NCBI RefSeq assembly: GCF_009914755.1
Contig: NC_060931.1
Reading direction: 5' to 3' (one strand)
DNA length: 64,000 nucleotides
Source: the human T2T-CHM13v2.0 reference genome, Homo sapiens
The notes beneath the pieces are model-generated. The model was given only the letters and a program-made list of their open reading frames with translations. It was not told where the DNA came from and made no database searches. Below are positions 43,280 to 58,696 of the stretch, in pieces (position 1 is the first letter of the stretch; every line of letters starts with the position of its first letter). The translations under genes were made by a program, and so were the position numbers.

Positions 43280-43398
43280 AAATCAACCTAGATGCTCTGC
43301 AACAGTGGATTAAAGAAAATGTGGTACGTATACACCATGGAATACTACACAGTCATAAAAAGAATGAAGTCATGTTCTTTGCTGCAACATGGATATAA
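43280..43398 (+). mobile_element. Short internal L1 fragment (ORF2 end) with no tail
   Basis: aaagaaaatgtggtacgtatacaccatggaatactacacagtcataaaaagaatgaagtcatgttctttgctgcaacatggat. Confidence 0.85.
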
Positions 43399-44273
43399 TT
43401 AACAAAATATTTTCTTCTTATCGCCAATAACTGGACTTATTCTCCATGTTAATTTTATTAATAAACTACCATTAAAACATTAAAATTTTATTCTTAATAT
43501 ATACTATATAAATATATAATATAATATTAATTATATTATTATGATTAATATATTAATAATTAATATGTATCTTTTCATATTAATAATATATATTATTTCA
43601 AAACTTGTTTCCTGAATTAATTATTTTAAAACAGCACTCCATTGGACAGTAAGCACCTTATGGACAGAGACTATGTTATTTATTTTTATTTCCCCTTCAC
43701 TTCTTACAGCACCTAATGTGTAATAACAAACAGCACTTAAATGTTTGCTGGAAAAACAAGTAATAGAAATGTAAGAGAAACAGATAGGAAGGCATGTAGT
43801 GTATACCTCAAAGGGTGTATACTACACTAAGGAAAATGGTTGATGATGTGATAAGCAAACTTGTCTGAAAGTGACCTGGGAGCTCATTCTGTGGTTTGTA
43901 AAACCATGTTCTAGTGTTTCATATATTTAGTTGTTTCTAATCTGCTATTATAAATAGCGTGTAAAAAAAAATCCTGATAATTAAATATTTGTGCATTCTT
44001 CTAATTAGTTCTTTGAGATAAATTTCTAGATTTGGAACTACTAGGTCGAAGTATGAACAACTTTATGCTCTTTGCACATTACGCTGCTCCAGAAATTTTA
44101 TACATATTTAAACTTCCACAGGTTACAGTTATGTTAACAGTTAAGGTTAAGTGACCCTGTATGTTGGCATTCTGCTTGACAGAGGAAGAGCTGCTTGCCT
44201 TAGAATTCAGTGGAATAATTTGTAAGATAATCATTCATACAGTATTGATGATTATGATTCTTACATTAACCTA

Positions 44274-44621
<348 letters not shown>

Positions 44622-44859
44622 CTATTTACTATGTAAAGAGAGAGAGATTTGTTTCTGTCTCTGTATTTCCTAAGAAAATACAAAATATTATTAATGCTAT
44701 TTAGGTGAAACATACATGAATCATATATACATATATAACTCACAAACGTATATAACTTCAATCCATACTTTCAGCTTCCTGACATTATCTAGAAACTTAC
44801 ATTTATAATCACGAAGAAGTTCTGACGATTGCAGGAATAGTTCTCTTCTGTGCTTCTGC

Positions 44860-45160
44860 TCAGATCATTTATAACTCCTTGAATGCTCTTACCTGAGTTA
44901 ATTCAAATCCATTTCCATGGTAAAGCCTTCCAAGACACTCTCCTCCAACTCTTCAGACTCAGCTATTCCCTGCTCTCTTCTACTTCCCATAGTAACTGTC
45001 TTATACCTAATTGAATATTGATTTTCAAAGTGTCTCCACAGCTAGATTGTGATTTACCAAGGAAAATAGACGATAAATTATCAATCTTTATATTTATTAA
45101 CACTGTCTAGCCCAGAGTTTTGCACATTGTAAATGTTCAATAAGTGTTAACTGAATTGAA
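44860..45160 (+). mobile_element. L2 3' end relic
   Basis: gtgtctccacagctagattgtga...cacattgtaaatgttcaataagtgttaactgaattgaa. Confidence 0.65.
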
Positions 45161-47370
45161 ATGACATGTAATGAGGAGATAATAGTATCTGTGAGGCCAA
45201 ATCCATCCCTTTAGGTTTCTATCTGTCATGCCACAGGACTTGGAAAATAATTTCATACTGTAACATGTATGGGCTAAGAAACAGGCTTTACAGGGGACAG
45301 GGAAATTTTACACAGAGGAAGGAAAGCATGAGTTGGTGTGAATTTCCCTGATTTTCCCATCATGCTGTTGAAAGGCATGCAGAGGGTGGGGCTGAGCTGT
45401 GGCCGCAGCTGTGTGGGTGTCTATGCCAGTGGGCAGACGTCGCCCTCACTTCAGTTGCTCTCACTTTTTACAGTGCAGCCCTGAGAACCACCTCATCTCT
45501 GGGAGGATACATGGGTGGCTCAGCAGCAGGAGGTCTGGATTTGGGGTACCAGCTGCCAACAAGTTATCTGGGAATGCCAACTTTATAGCACCAGGAGACT
45601 TTGGGCCAGTAGGATGTTATGGTTCCCCATGCTGGAAGAAGAAAGACACTGGTCCTTTGGGAAAGTGAGTTTAGTTGCAGTCTTCCACCTGGGGTATGGA
45701 GAGAAGTACCTCTTTCCCTTTTCCACCATCCAAAAAGGTTCCTGGTACAGGTCACACAGAACGGGCTCCCAGGTCACTTTCAGACAAGTCTGTTTATTGC
45801 ACCATCAACCGTTTTCCTTAGTGTGGTATACACCCTTCGAGGTATGCACTAAATTGCCTTCCTATCTGTTTCCCTTACATTTCCGTGACTTGTTTCTCCA
45901 GCAAACATTTAAGTGCTATTCGCGATTACATGTTAGGTACTGTGAGAAGTGAAGGGCAAATAAAAATAAATAACAGTTTCTGTCCATAAAATGCTTACTG
46001 TCCAATGGAGCTCTGTTTTAAAATAATTAATTCAGGAAGCAAGTTTTGAAATTACATATATATACATATATATGTATATATAAGGGTTAAACTTTAATTT
46101 TAATTGTAGTTTATTAATAAAATTAACATGGAGAATAAGTCTAGTTATTGGCAATAACATGGAAATACTCTAAGTGTTAATTGTGCAAAACATCAATCTC
46201 TATGAATATAATCCATCTTTATTGACGTTTTTCTTAAATTCGTCTTCCATTTTCACATTGAACTCATGCCCTCTACCTGGGGAGCGTCTATATAGAGAGA
46301 GAGCTTCTATATAGAGAATTATATGGATATATAGTCATTTCTGAAACAAACACTAAAATCTTAAAGCATGTTTACTCATAATCATGTAATAGTTTCCCTG
46401 GATTAAAATGAATAAGATGCATAAAGACAAACTATTTATAGCAATAAAACTTGATACACTAAGATAAATTCCAGTGATGAGCTTTTACCATAACATGGAT
46501 GAAATGCATCCATAGTCCTGATGCTGCAGTTCTGCTGAGCCCCTCTCTAGTGCCCATCTCAGCTGCTCAACTCTTTTTCCAAAACTGTGGCAGATTGAGG
46601 TAAAGGGCTCCACATCTTCAACCCTTGGAGCTAACCTTATTCAAGAGCTAAACTTACCCCGATGTACTCTGGGTAGCACAAATTAACCCTTTCCTCTGGG
46701 ATGCAACAGATCATTCCTAAGATGGATTTGCTAAAGAACATGAAAAAAAATTGCTAAGATACAGTTTAAGGAAAAACAGCAATAATCAACACGTGAATTC
46801 TTATGATTAGGATACAGAGGGTAGGTTTACAACCACACTCAGCAGATTTAGTACTTTATTATTTGTGTAAAACACTCAGCTTTTATGACCTCGTACTTTC
46901 CACCTTCTCTCTCAGGAGTAAAAGGATGTCCTATTTTGAGACTGGCCCTAGTACTGCCACCCAACTTCCTTGTATTTTCAGATAACTTTGAAATATGTAG
47001 TCTACTGTTCTCGTAAAGCTCCATAGTGTGTGTGAAAGAATCTGGCATAATAGGGGACAATGCAGAGCTGGAATCTTTGATACATTCTAATTCCTTTTAC
47101 CCAGTAGTATTTCTGTAAATCTTAGAGGATGAAGAAAATATTGTTCCGATAGTAGGAAAGTTTGTAGTTGAAGCTTTTATCCAAAGACATTAAACTTCTT
47201 TGTAACATACATCCTGATTAATCTTTATAGAGTTATTAACATTTTAAAGGAGCGATAAATATTAAATTATAAATCAAATTTACATTTCTCTTCAGGCAGT
47301 TTTTTCAAGACTCACTGGTTTGTACTTAGATTAAATCAATATAATAAAAGATAAAGAAAAGTCACTGATT

Positions 47371-47701
<331 letters not shown>

Positions 47702-47934
47702 TCAGTCTGTTTTCACAGACAAAGCATAAATTGGGTAGAGAAGGGACAATTTGTTTACAGACGGTTCATTCGTATCTAGCCCTGGCATCAGCTGGGCACC
47801 GTCTGCCAGCGGCATTAGGGATTTTGGACGGTAGTGAAAGTCATGCTATGTCACTGGGCACCTGAGCCCACTATTTCTTAGCCACAGTGATCCTCCCAGC
47901 TTCTACAAATCTGGGGCTGCAAATACAAATGTGT

Positions 47935-48145
47935 TTACCCAGAGCACAGTATTTGGAGCTAGACTAACATGGGTTGTTAGTTACCTGAGTGACCTTAGAC
48001 ACGTTGTTTACCTATTTGGGCCTCAATTATTTCAGGTATAAAAGGAGGGTAATGGTAACATCTACACAAGGGAGTCTTTGTTGGGCTAATGCCAATTTAG
48101 CACTTCACACAGTTCTTACTTATAGTGTTCAATAAATAGAAGCTT
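47935..48145 (+). mobile_element. MIR SINE
   Basis: gagtgaccttagac...gggcctcaattatttcaggtataaaa...gtgttcaataaat. Confidence 0.65.
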
Positions 48146-49805
48146 TTATACTATGTTATATTTAACAATTCTAGTAAAGGTATGTAAGAGTGTGAGATGC
48201 AAATGAGGGGAATGAAAAACTTCCTGGGAGTTTGGAAAAGATCACAAAGAGTAAGGGCAACTGAGATGATTCATAAATGTTGGTAAAACCCAGAACTCTG
48301 CTCTTAAAGAGCAATCCAGCAGACCAATATGAAAATATTAAAATAAAAAGTAGGATACAATTTCACTATCTGAATTCATAGAAGTAAATCACTAAGTTCA
48401 GGACAATGACTTCACATATTTCTTATTCATCAACACGTATTGGTTCCATTCTTATTTATTTATTTTTTCTTTCTTCTCCAGCTAGGATGTTTGTGGGAGG
48501 TGGGGCTGGGGGCAGGTCAAAGGGAGCAGTCTTTGGAGCAACAGGATTTCAGTATGCACAGATGGAGGAAGAGCAGTCCAAATGATGGAAAAATACTATT
48601 TAAAGGAATAGAGATGAGATGCATGTTTAAGATATAAAGCATTGCAGTTTGACTAGACTGAAAAGTACTCAAGATTTAAAAAATTAGAATGTAAGACAAA
48701 AATAGTAGGATGTAGCCAGATAATGTAGACTTGTAATGCTAATTTAGATAGTGATTATAAAAAAAGAGTGAAAGGATACAGGAAGTCCTATATCACATAA
48801 AGAATGTGTCACACATTTATATTGGGCAGTGAAGATGTGGAAATTGATGAACTACATATAATTTAGTAACCGGAATTATGGTAATATCAACCTCAAGAGA
48901 AAAATGTGTGCAATTTTAAATAGTATACCATCTATGATAGAATTGCCCCTTTACTAATCATTTTACCCTTTTAATCATTTTTAGTAATTCTTCACTATTT
49001 GGTAGAATATAGGAAATAATATCCTGTATATAAAATAATCATTTAGAGACAAAAATGCTTTAAAAAAGCTACAAATTACATAATGCTGATGACTAACTTG
49101 AAAAATGAATTTATTACACAAAAATATATTTATATAAACATTAATACTAAAAGGTTCTTTTTTTTAGAAAATTATGCAAGGTGACCCTCAGGAGACAGAA
49201 ATTGAAATGAGTTTCATTCCACACATATAATTTTAAATGGTAACTACATCAGTAGTTGTTTTCTAGTTTTATATTGAAGACAATTTTTTATGTTATTAAT
49301 ATTTAACATATTTTATCAACATTCAAATATATATTAAAGCCCTTTAACAGAGAAACATTGTAGAAACAGGTGTATTTTAATTATAGGGACTACATTTTTA
49401 TTTAAGGACATGGATCTTTTCTGTTTTTCAATATTTATGCTTTAAGGTTTACTAAAATGTATTTTAATGCCACAGTAACGTTTATGGTATTAATAACCTG
49501 AATCTCTTAAAGGGAGGCAAAAAAACCCCTCAACATAATAGACTTGAATTTAGGGTAAACTCTCTATTAGTATGAGTAGTAGCTCTTTGGGCAGCATGGT
49601 GGAGTAGAGACACCCTTGGAATTCAATAAGTATTCTGTATTCTTTGTTTGAGAATCCCACCTCTTTGTCCAAGTAAGCAGACATGGAGATTGACTAACAC
49701 CACAACAATGAACAATCCATTGTAGTTTATGACTATACAAGCCTCCAGAATACAATAAGCTTAGGCCCCAGGTACCCAATTTTACACTTAAGAAGAAGTG
49801 ATTTA

Positions 49806-50004
49806 GGATGTGAGGGCAATCTGGCTGCGACATCTGTCGCCCCACTGATTACCAGGGTTGATTCGGCTGATCTGGCTGGCTAGGCGGGTGTCCTCTTCCT
49901 CCCTCAGCCCTCCATGTGTGTACCTCCTGAAGCGGACTGGTCTTCAGTCAAGGGTAGACGAGTAGCTGTGCTCCCCTGCTAGAACCTCCAAACAAGCTCT
50001 CAAG
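49806..50004 (+). pseudogene. 7SK snRNA retropseudogene (RN7SKP-type), 3'-truncated, ~40-nt internal deletion
   Basis: ggatgtgagggcaatctggctgcgacatctgtc...gctagaacctccaaacaagctctcaag matches 7SK nt 1 to ~240; 16-bp TSD aagaag(a/g)agtgattta (49790-49805, 50002-50017). Confidence 0.96.
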
Positions 50005-50834
50005 AAGGAGTGATTTAGACTCATCAATTTATAAAATACTTTGCTGTACAAGTTGGGTAAGCTGAGTGAGATCATCTATGATCTATCATTAATCATTGTT
50101 AACACCAGTTTTCAAGCTCTCTAGTCAAATTACATTTTGTTTTCATGCTAGGAGTAAATTATTTCAGCATTTTTCTAATGTTAAACAATTATCTATTTAC
50201 ATGAGATTTAAAAAATAATCATTTGCATCCTTTTGGTAAATTATAAGCTAAATTAACTATGTCATACATGTAGAAAGAGACAGTATGGCAAGATTCATGA
50301 GCAAACAACATAACTCCTTTGAGAAAATGGAGAATGGCATATTTAGAATCAGTGTTTACCCAGCAATACTGCTTGAATTGTTAAGGATAATCTATCGATA
50401 TTGCGTGACACTTACATGTTGTAACAATTATTAAAATGAGACAATTGTGTTAGGGAAAGTAATGAATGTAAAGTGGAATAACTGCACTCTGCAGGAGTTA
50501 AATGTATTAAGATTGTGCAAGGAACACTTAAATGACAAATTGACATACAGATGAACAGTATAATTTGAGGATGATCTTTGGGATCTGAATATTGCTGTAA
50601 AATATACATTTAAAATCCTCAAACTTCTGAAAAGTATAAATCTGAGCATTTTTTATACAAAACTAATGTCATAATGTGGACTGTAATTTTTGTTTGTTGT
50701 GAGTGCACAATTTCACCTTCAGCAACTGTCTTTAATATATTTGCTCTGAATTTGATTAAAAATACCTTTGTAAACAAAATCTGTAGATCGTTACTAGCAT
50801 ATCAACTCCCCCTCTGGATTCTCTATGTTGTCAT

Positions 50835-50923
50835 GCTGGTCTCAAACTCCCAACCTCAGGTGATCTGTCCACCTCGGCCTCCCAAAGCGCTGAGATTACA
50901 GGCGTGAGCCACCGCACCTGGCC
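50835..50923 (-). mobile_element. Alu 5' fragment (~90 bp, no tail) within an L1M relic
   Basis: gctggtctcaaactcccaacctcaggtgatc...gagccaccgcacctggcc. Confidence 0.88.
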
Positions 50924-51410
50924 TGTCTGCTAATTTAATATCCATTTCATTTTGTATTAGTTTCATTGTTTTATCTATCTCCATGTTCCTTCTTTGGAAA
51001 TCTGGTAAATTTTTAAATTGAATGCCAGACATTATGAATTTTATATTTTGCATGCTCAATTTTTTTATTTCTAGAAATACTTTTGAGCTTTGTTCTGAGA
51101 TACAGTCAAATTATTTAAAAATGAGTTGACGCTTTGGAGTCTAAGCTAAAGATATTTGTTTATTTTAATATCTTGCCTCTCTATATTAGCTTATTTTTAT
51201 ATTAAACATAAATTTTAAATAATCATAAGACATTTTGGTTTCAAAGTGGACTATTAAAATATCTAACAGCTACTAAAATTCTTTAATTAGTGTTTAATTG
51301 AAGAAAATTGAATAGCTTCCTTATTTATTGTAAACTTATTGTTTGGTAAGAATACTTTTCCAATCTATCTTACAATGTTATGTATATTTTTTAAAATTTC
51401 AGATATCTTG

Positions 51411-51752
<342 letters not shown>

Positions 51753-53428
51753 TTAAGAGACATCCAAAAAGTTTCAAATGAATGAAAATTGTTTGTTTTA
51801 CATACCAAGTCCAAAAGTTTGTTTTTAAAATTTCTCATTTTTTAGAGCCAGAGTCAAAATTACTGTAACATTATTTGTATAAAGCAAAATTATATATATG
51901 TGATTAAAATTGCTAACAAGATAAAAAAGATAATACAGCTATATTACTATGAGAAAGATATTTATCTGATGAACTTATTTATGAGAAAGCAATCAGGATA
52001 TCTTATTTCATTTGATATCATTGAACTGGCATTTTCCCCCAAGTAACCAATGACTTTAGCCTGGTATTATAAATTTTGGAACTCATTATCATTATATACT
52101 ATAAATAATATATAATTTATACATTTAAATGAGGGTCAGTCTTTAAAGACTGTGACCCTTATTTAAATGAATAAATTATATGCTATTACCAACACTTTTG
52201 AAAGCATCCTCTAGTGCTTTTCTGTATAACAAAACTTTCCTTTAAACCACAATAACAAATAAAACAGTAATCCATTTTTAGTTTCAATAAATGTTAATTC
52301 ATTTTACTGAGGAAAATGTTAAAAATTTAAAAATAAAAATCCATTTAAGAAATACCTCAGTCTAGGAAGTATGAGAACTATTTATAACCTTATCTCAGAA
52401 GGATAAGATATATGGTTATGTTTTATGCTGATGGTTATTCCATGAGTTGAATATATGACCAGTTTTACCTGAGTCATGCTTGGCAGTTAATTACACATTG
52501 TTAAAGTTCTGGTGTGTCTGATTAAAAAAGAATTTTTTTAAGATGCAAGCTTAGTCTTGAATTAAAAAGAAAAAATCTGTTGCAGATAGTCATTACAATA
52601 CATGGTATGTTTATAAGACTTTCATATGTAGGTGGAGAAATGAAAAATTATTTACATTGTATTCCAAAATAAGTAGCTTGATAGTACAAACTAATGGATG
52701 AGGGCCACCGGTGTGGTAACGTTTTCTGATATATATTAACTATAAATAACTTTTTTATTACAGTTCAAAAACAAATATAAATATCAATGTTTTTAAAGAT
52801 AATTCAAATCAAATGTTAGTAGAAACTCTAAAGCACCCTAATGGAACCCTTGGAATCTGAAGAACACAGTTTTAAACCTATGGAAATGAAAGATTTCTAA
52901 AGCCTGGCATGGGGCTACTTTTCCTAAATCTCTACGTTTTGTAGGAAGTGAGTGGAAGGGGAGGTGTTCTGCTTAGAATTTTAGGTGTTATTTTTCCTTA
53001 AGGTACAAAAGCAAACATGGAAAATGTATAATAGTGTTTAACCATATTCTACATTAATCAGTTAAAGATTATAAATCAAATTTTATTGGACCTGATAATA
53101 TTTTTTCTGTATCTATATTTTTTCAAGTATAATGTTAAGACTTTCCATGTAGGTCTTCATTATTGGGCCATTAATAGTTTAAGTTTTTAAAAGCCATTAT
53201 TCTACTGAGAAAGCACCCGTACTTTAGTCAAATTTAATTATTATAACAACCTATGATATCATACCATTGACGCATAAAAGCAGGTGTTTGCTGGCATCTG
53301 AAATCATGCTCAGGGCAAATTTATTTGAGGGTTAACTGTATTTCTTTCTAATGTTGGTATTGAAATTTCCCATGTTTAATGGAAGATTCCATATAGGAAG
53401 GGGTTCTTAATTAAACTTGTATTAATAA

Positions 53429-53793
<365 letters not shown>

Positions 53794-54159
53794 TGGTATT
53801 CTTTAAATAGAAAGTATGTGTACTATTTTCAAGAGTCTACCCCATCTATTATATTTGCAGAATGAGAGTTTTTTTTTTTTAATGTGCTCTCTGGAGGCAG
53901 CCCATGTTATAGTGTGTTTTTCTGCGGCTCCAGTCCCGCTGGAGCCTTTATAGCCCACCACCAACCACCTGGGGTTTGGCGTGTGTACTTCATTCTTTCT
54001 ATGATACCATTACTGAAAGCACCAGTTCTCTTTACTGTCCTATTATTTAATTTCCCATAAACGAATTAACCCAATACCATACCACATTGTAGAGTTTTTC
54101 TGAAGGCTTCGAGTAATGCAAAGAGAGTTTGTCATTTTATGGATCACAAACAACTGCAA

Positions 54160-54690
54160 TAAATAGAAATTTGTAGCCATCAAAAACTAAAGGTATTTAT
54201 ACTTCAATCTTACAATTCCACTTTGGGGAGGTTATTCTACAGCAATACTTGCACATATGTAACTTGTACAAAGTTATTCATTACAGCATTATTCAGAGTT
54301 GCCAAAGACTCAGCACAAGCCACATTTTATCGATCAAAAACTTGTTAAATAAGTCATGTTGCATCTATAAAGTGGAATAGTATGCAGCTATAAAGAGAGA
54401 TAACTCATTATCTACCCATATGAAAAGTTCCACAAAGCATAGTTGAAGTGAAAAAAATTGATTCAATATAGTTTTATCAACATGCTACTTTTTGTACAAA
54501 ACGGGAAAATGACAATATTTACACTTATTTAAAGCACCTCTAGAAGGAATCATAAAAACTTAGAATATGGATTACACATAGGGAGAGTGTATTAATAGCT
54601 ACCAACCAAACAGCTAAGATATTATATAGTTGTTTTAGATTGTTCTGGTTTTCAAATATATAAATGGATTACTTATTTAACAATTAAAAA
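54160..54690 (+). mobile_element. L1ME-type 3' relic
   Basis: caattccactttgggg; aagttattcattacagcattatt; gtggaatagtatgcagctataaa. Confidence 0.65.
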
Positions 54691-55488
54691 CTCATGTTAA
54701 ACATCACTATTAAAAATTCTCTGAGAATTTCTCTCTTCAGCCATGTTTTCCACCATTTCCCCTTCATCTCTCCTGCCCTAATTCTCCAGTTGCTACATCT
54801 CTTCACATCTCCTAACATCTTATAAGTACTTCACTCTTTCTTTTTCAGATTACTTTTACGAATTTAAAATTCTATTTTTGTTATTTTACGACAATATTAT
54901 ATCCTTTTACCTCATCCTCATATATCTAGAATATTCTAATGGTTAAGTCCTTTCTCTTTCCCAAGTTAAAGATCCATGGGAATGTTTGGCAGGTGAAAGA
55001 ATTCTGTCAAAGTTCTGTCTTTTCTGCAGGTGAAAGAGTTCAATGACCTGGTCTTCAGAGGCAGGGAGTTCAAATATTGCTATACTGGCATTATTTTCCT
55101 CCTATTTACCATAGAAAGTAAAATTAATTCAAATAAATGCAAAAAAAGTTCCTTATCTTTTGACTGTGAGATCTAATTTCCATTGTTTTTATTAATCTTT
55201 TCAGTAAACATATATTATTCTCTAAGTATATACCAGGTGCCAGTAAAAGACTTTTGGTAAAAAAGTTCATTCCTCCATTGGCTTCCTTTTTTAGTTGATT
55301 ATTAATCGTTTATCAACTTGTTGGCTTAGAGCTAACCTTATTATAAAATAGAGAATGTGATTTCCAGGTATTACAGAAAGAAGAGGGAGAAGCAAGCATT
55401 GTTTGGGAAGGAGGTTGAGGAAGGCTTGCCTCATGGTTGAACACAGATTTTTAAAAAAACATATTAACTTCATGCTTGGTGACGGAAG

Positions 55489-55900
55489 TGTTGCTGAAAC
55501 ACTAGGGGTTTGGTCTAGATCCTGCTGCTTGCCCCACAGAAAGCCAATCACTGAGACAAGTACTGACAAGAAAGAAGGTTTTAATCAGATGCTGCAGCTG
55601 AGGAGATGGGAGCTCAGTCCCAAATCCATCTCCTTGACTGACTACAACTACAGGTTTATGTAGCAGGGAAAAAATGTAACAATATATAAGAAAACAAGAA
55701 CTAGGGAGGGGCAACGAAGTACCTGGTGCAGTGATGTAGTGAGTTTCAGTTCTCTGATACCTTTCTGAGAGGGCTGAAGATCCTTTCCTGAGGAAGGAAC
55801 TCAGATAAAACAAATACAAGTTTCAAGCTTTAACAGCAGAAGGGTCAATATCTATGTTAATTCAAAAACAACTGTCTGTTGGGACTATTGGGTGGTTTCA
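55489..55900 (-). mobile_element. ERV1 solo LTR (LOR1-like)
   Basis: TG...CA termini; 4-bp TSD gaag (55485-55488, 55901-55904); cacagaaagccaatcactgagacaa motif. Confidence 0.8.
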
Positions 55901-55909
55901 GAAGGAATA

Positions 55910-56120
55910 TTAAGTGATTTATACATTGTCTCAATTACTCATATAGCAATTCTAAACCAATTATTATCATCCTTTCACTTTGAAGAAACTGGGGGTCAGA
56001 GGGGCTGTGCTTTTTACCAAGGTCACACAGCTCAGTGGCAGAGGTGAGTTTCAGACCTATCCTCATACTTGAGCACACTCTTGTCCAGAGACACTGAGAT
56101 GCAAGTGTCACTGCCATAGC
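55910..56120 (-). mobile_element. MIR SINE
   Basis: attattatcatcct...gaagaaactggggg...ccaaggtcacacagctcagtggcagag. Confidence 0.75.
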
Positions 56121-56604
56121 TTCAAGAAGACAGAAATACATTTTCAAAAGTAATTTAAATGAAGAACATGTATTCAAACAAAAAGGGAAAAAATAACATT
56201 ATCCCTCCGAGAGTGAGACTGTTTCCTGTAACCTCTCTAAAACTGCAATCTTCATAGAACTCACCTACTCCCTCTCAGCATTTTTTTTCTTTCCTGGCTC
56301 ATATTAAATATTTTCTTCTATCCTTTCTTTCACACAAGCATGTAAAATAAAAAACATAAACTGCTACCCCTAAAGGGAATTTTGACATTGGTCAATAGGT
56401 GAGGAGGGACAATTTTGGACTCTTTGCAGTCCTGGGATATTTTCTGGACCTTTAAATAACTGTACTCTCAAAAGCAACATAAAAGCAAATACGTTTTTTA
56501 CATTCATGATTATTAAGCATAATTGATGAACTGGAACCAAGCTTGAAATTCTAAATATCAGAACTCGATTCATTGGAAGGTTGTCACAAAACAGCTCGTT
56601 CTGC

Positions 56605-56742
56605 TTTCTTTCTTTTTCTTTCTTACCTTTTTTTTTTTTTTTTTTTTTTTTTCCATACTAAAGCATCAGTATTTTGCCCAGGCTGGCCTTGAACTGCCGG
56701 TCTCAAGCGATCCTCCTACGTCAGCTTTTCAAGTGCTAGCAG
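56605..56742 (-). mobile_element. Degenerate Alu monomer (FLAM/FAM-like) fragment with T tract
   Basis: ttgcccaggctggccttgaactgccggtctcaagcgatcctcctacgtcagc. Confidence 0.7.
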
Positions 56743-58696
56743 CCATGGGAAACTGGAGGAAGCATAGGCAAAATATATGGATGGGTAATAGATGGAGAAA
56801 GGAGGAAGGAAGGTAGGAAGGAGGGACTGTGAACCTGGAGGAGGGCATTCTATCCAGCTAGCACTATTAAGTAAAGGTTACTTTTTTTTCCTCTTCTTGG
56901 TGAAACAGAGTCAGTGTTTCTGGTTTGGGTTTTGTTTTCTTTTTTTCCCCTGAGCCAGCCAGTCTCTGACATTTCCTAAAGGATAATGAAGTGTTAAATA
57001 TGTTAACTTCAAGTTCTTTTTTCCAAAGTAAAATAAGGCACAGAATCTACAGCTTTTGAAAAAAAAAATTTAGTCCTGACCTTAACTTTAGAAGCCATTA
57101 ATTTATATGATAAATCTGGCAAGAAACAAGTAGCACCAAGGAAAATTGTTAGAAAAAAATTGATTTTACCTATTATTTCAAGAAGCACAGGTTTGTATGC
57201 ATGAATCAAATGTTACTAAATAAAAAATGTTCTCTATTACAAGAAGTGCTTTGGCATTAGATGTTTGTCCATTTTTAGTTATTGTATGGCTAATGTCTCA
57301 CTTTTACATCATAGATATAGAGTCCAAGGAATGTAGTTATTAATATACGTGAGTGGGCTAGGATCTTAGATCATGCCAGAATGTGTGCTGGACTAAACTT
57401 AAGACTTAGAGTAATGTAAAAAAAGTGAGATTACAATGAGTAGGATTTTTAAATGCCTTGGAAATTTGATAGTCATGTACCACTTCATCTCTTTCTACTC
57501 ATGTCTGGCATTTTAATGTGAGTAATTATTAACAAATCAGTTTTCTGTAAGTAGAACTTTTATGTTTATTTCAGATTAACTGTACTTATTCCATTGCAAA
57601 GGCTCAGTTATAGTCTATTCTCTAATACAGATTTTAAAATGTATTTACTGCTTCTTTGTTTCTTCCTCAGAAACAAGGATGATATAGTACACAGAAATTA
57701 CTCAACAAACATTTGTTCAATTAGTTTATCATTGACACCATAGAATAACTGAATTGCGTCAGCATTTCTGTAGTGATATATCTTCATTTCCCTCTAATTA
57801 TATTTTTCTTGTGTATTTTGATCCTGATTTTGGAAGTTAGGTGTCCTTCAGAAAAACACAACACAGAATTTCTAAACAGGAGCAATGTCGAAGGTGTCTT
57901 GATCCTTTCATTTTGCACAATAATTGTATTGTGCACAAAAATAATTTTTAATTTTTTTGTTTTCTAGTAATGCCCTCAAGTTTATTCTAATGTCTACCAA
58001 TAATACAAGTGTGTGATAATGGCTGCATTTTTGCCAATATACATATACAGAACAAAACGGTTTCTGTAAATTCTTTAACAAAGCTGTGGTCCTAGTATAA
58101 GCATGCTTTCCTGGGTGATGAGATCCAAAGCCAACTGACTGCCCCTTGGAGGGCAGCTAAAGATTCCATGCTATGCTTCAAATGAATTTTCTTGTTCCGA
58201 GTCATACTATTACTTATTTCAATCATTTTCTTCCTGTTTCTACTAACTGTATAACCACTGTTATTCCTATCACCACACAACTAAGAATTCACACAAAGAG
58301 GATTCTTTTTCCTTTTTTGAGTTTAGTGTTAAGTTGACTCAGTCACTTCAATAATTACTGCTGTTAGAAAGTGATATTGATACTTGGATCTTCCACTTAG
58401 CAGTTAAGAGATGATAGCACCTTTATTGAGGAAGAGTAAACTCTGGCTGAGAAACTGTGGGCATGGAGAAATCATGAAAGAATTACTTCAGCGTCACCAA
58501 CTTTTGGCAAATTACCCTGCAGATATGGAGTTAAAATCAGTGGTCTTACTGTTTTGAGGGCAGGGTGGCCTCATAGCAATTGCTGGTTAGGAAGCACCTA
58601 GAAAGAGTGATTCAGAGAATAGGTTTAGAAACCAATAAGCCTGCATTTGAAGCCAAGCCCCGCAACTTATTAGCTATATGTAAAAAGGAGTTAACA

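Noticed and set aside
43797-43828. Short imperfect hairpins (also 46288-46314 and 60303-60337)
   Set aside because: Too short for miRNA precursors and expected by chance in AT-rich DNA
49806-50004. Functional 7SK gene
   Set aside because: TSD-flanked, truncated and internally deleted; no Pol III terminator or recognisable upstream promoter
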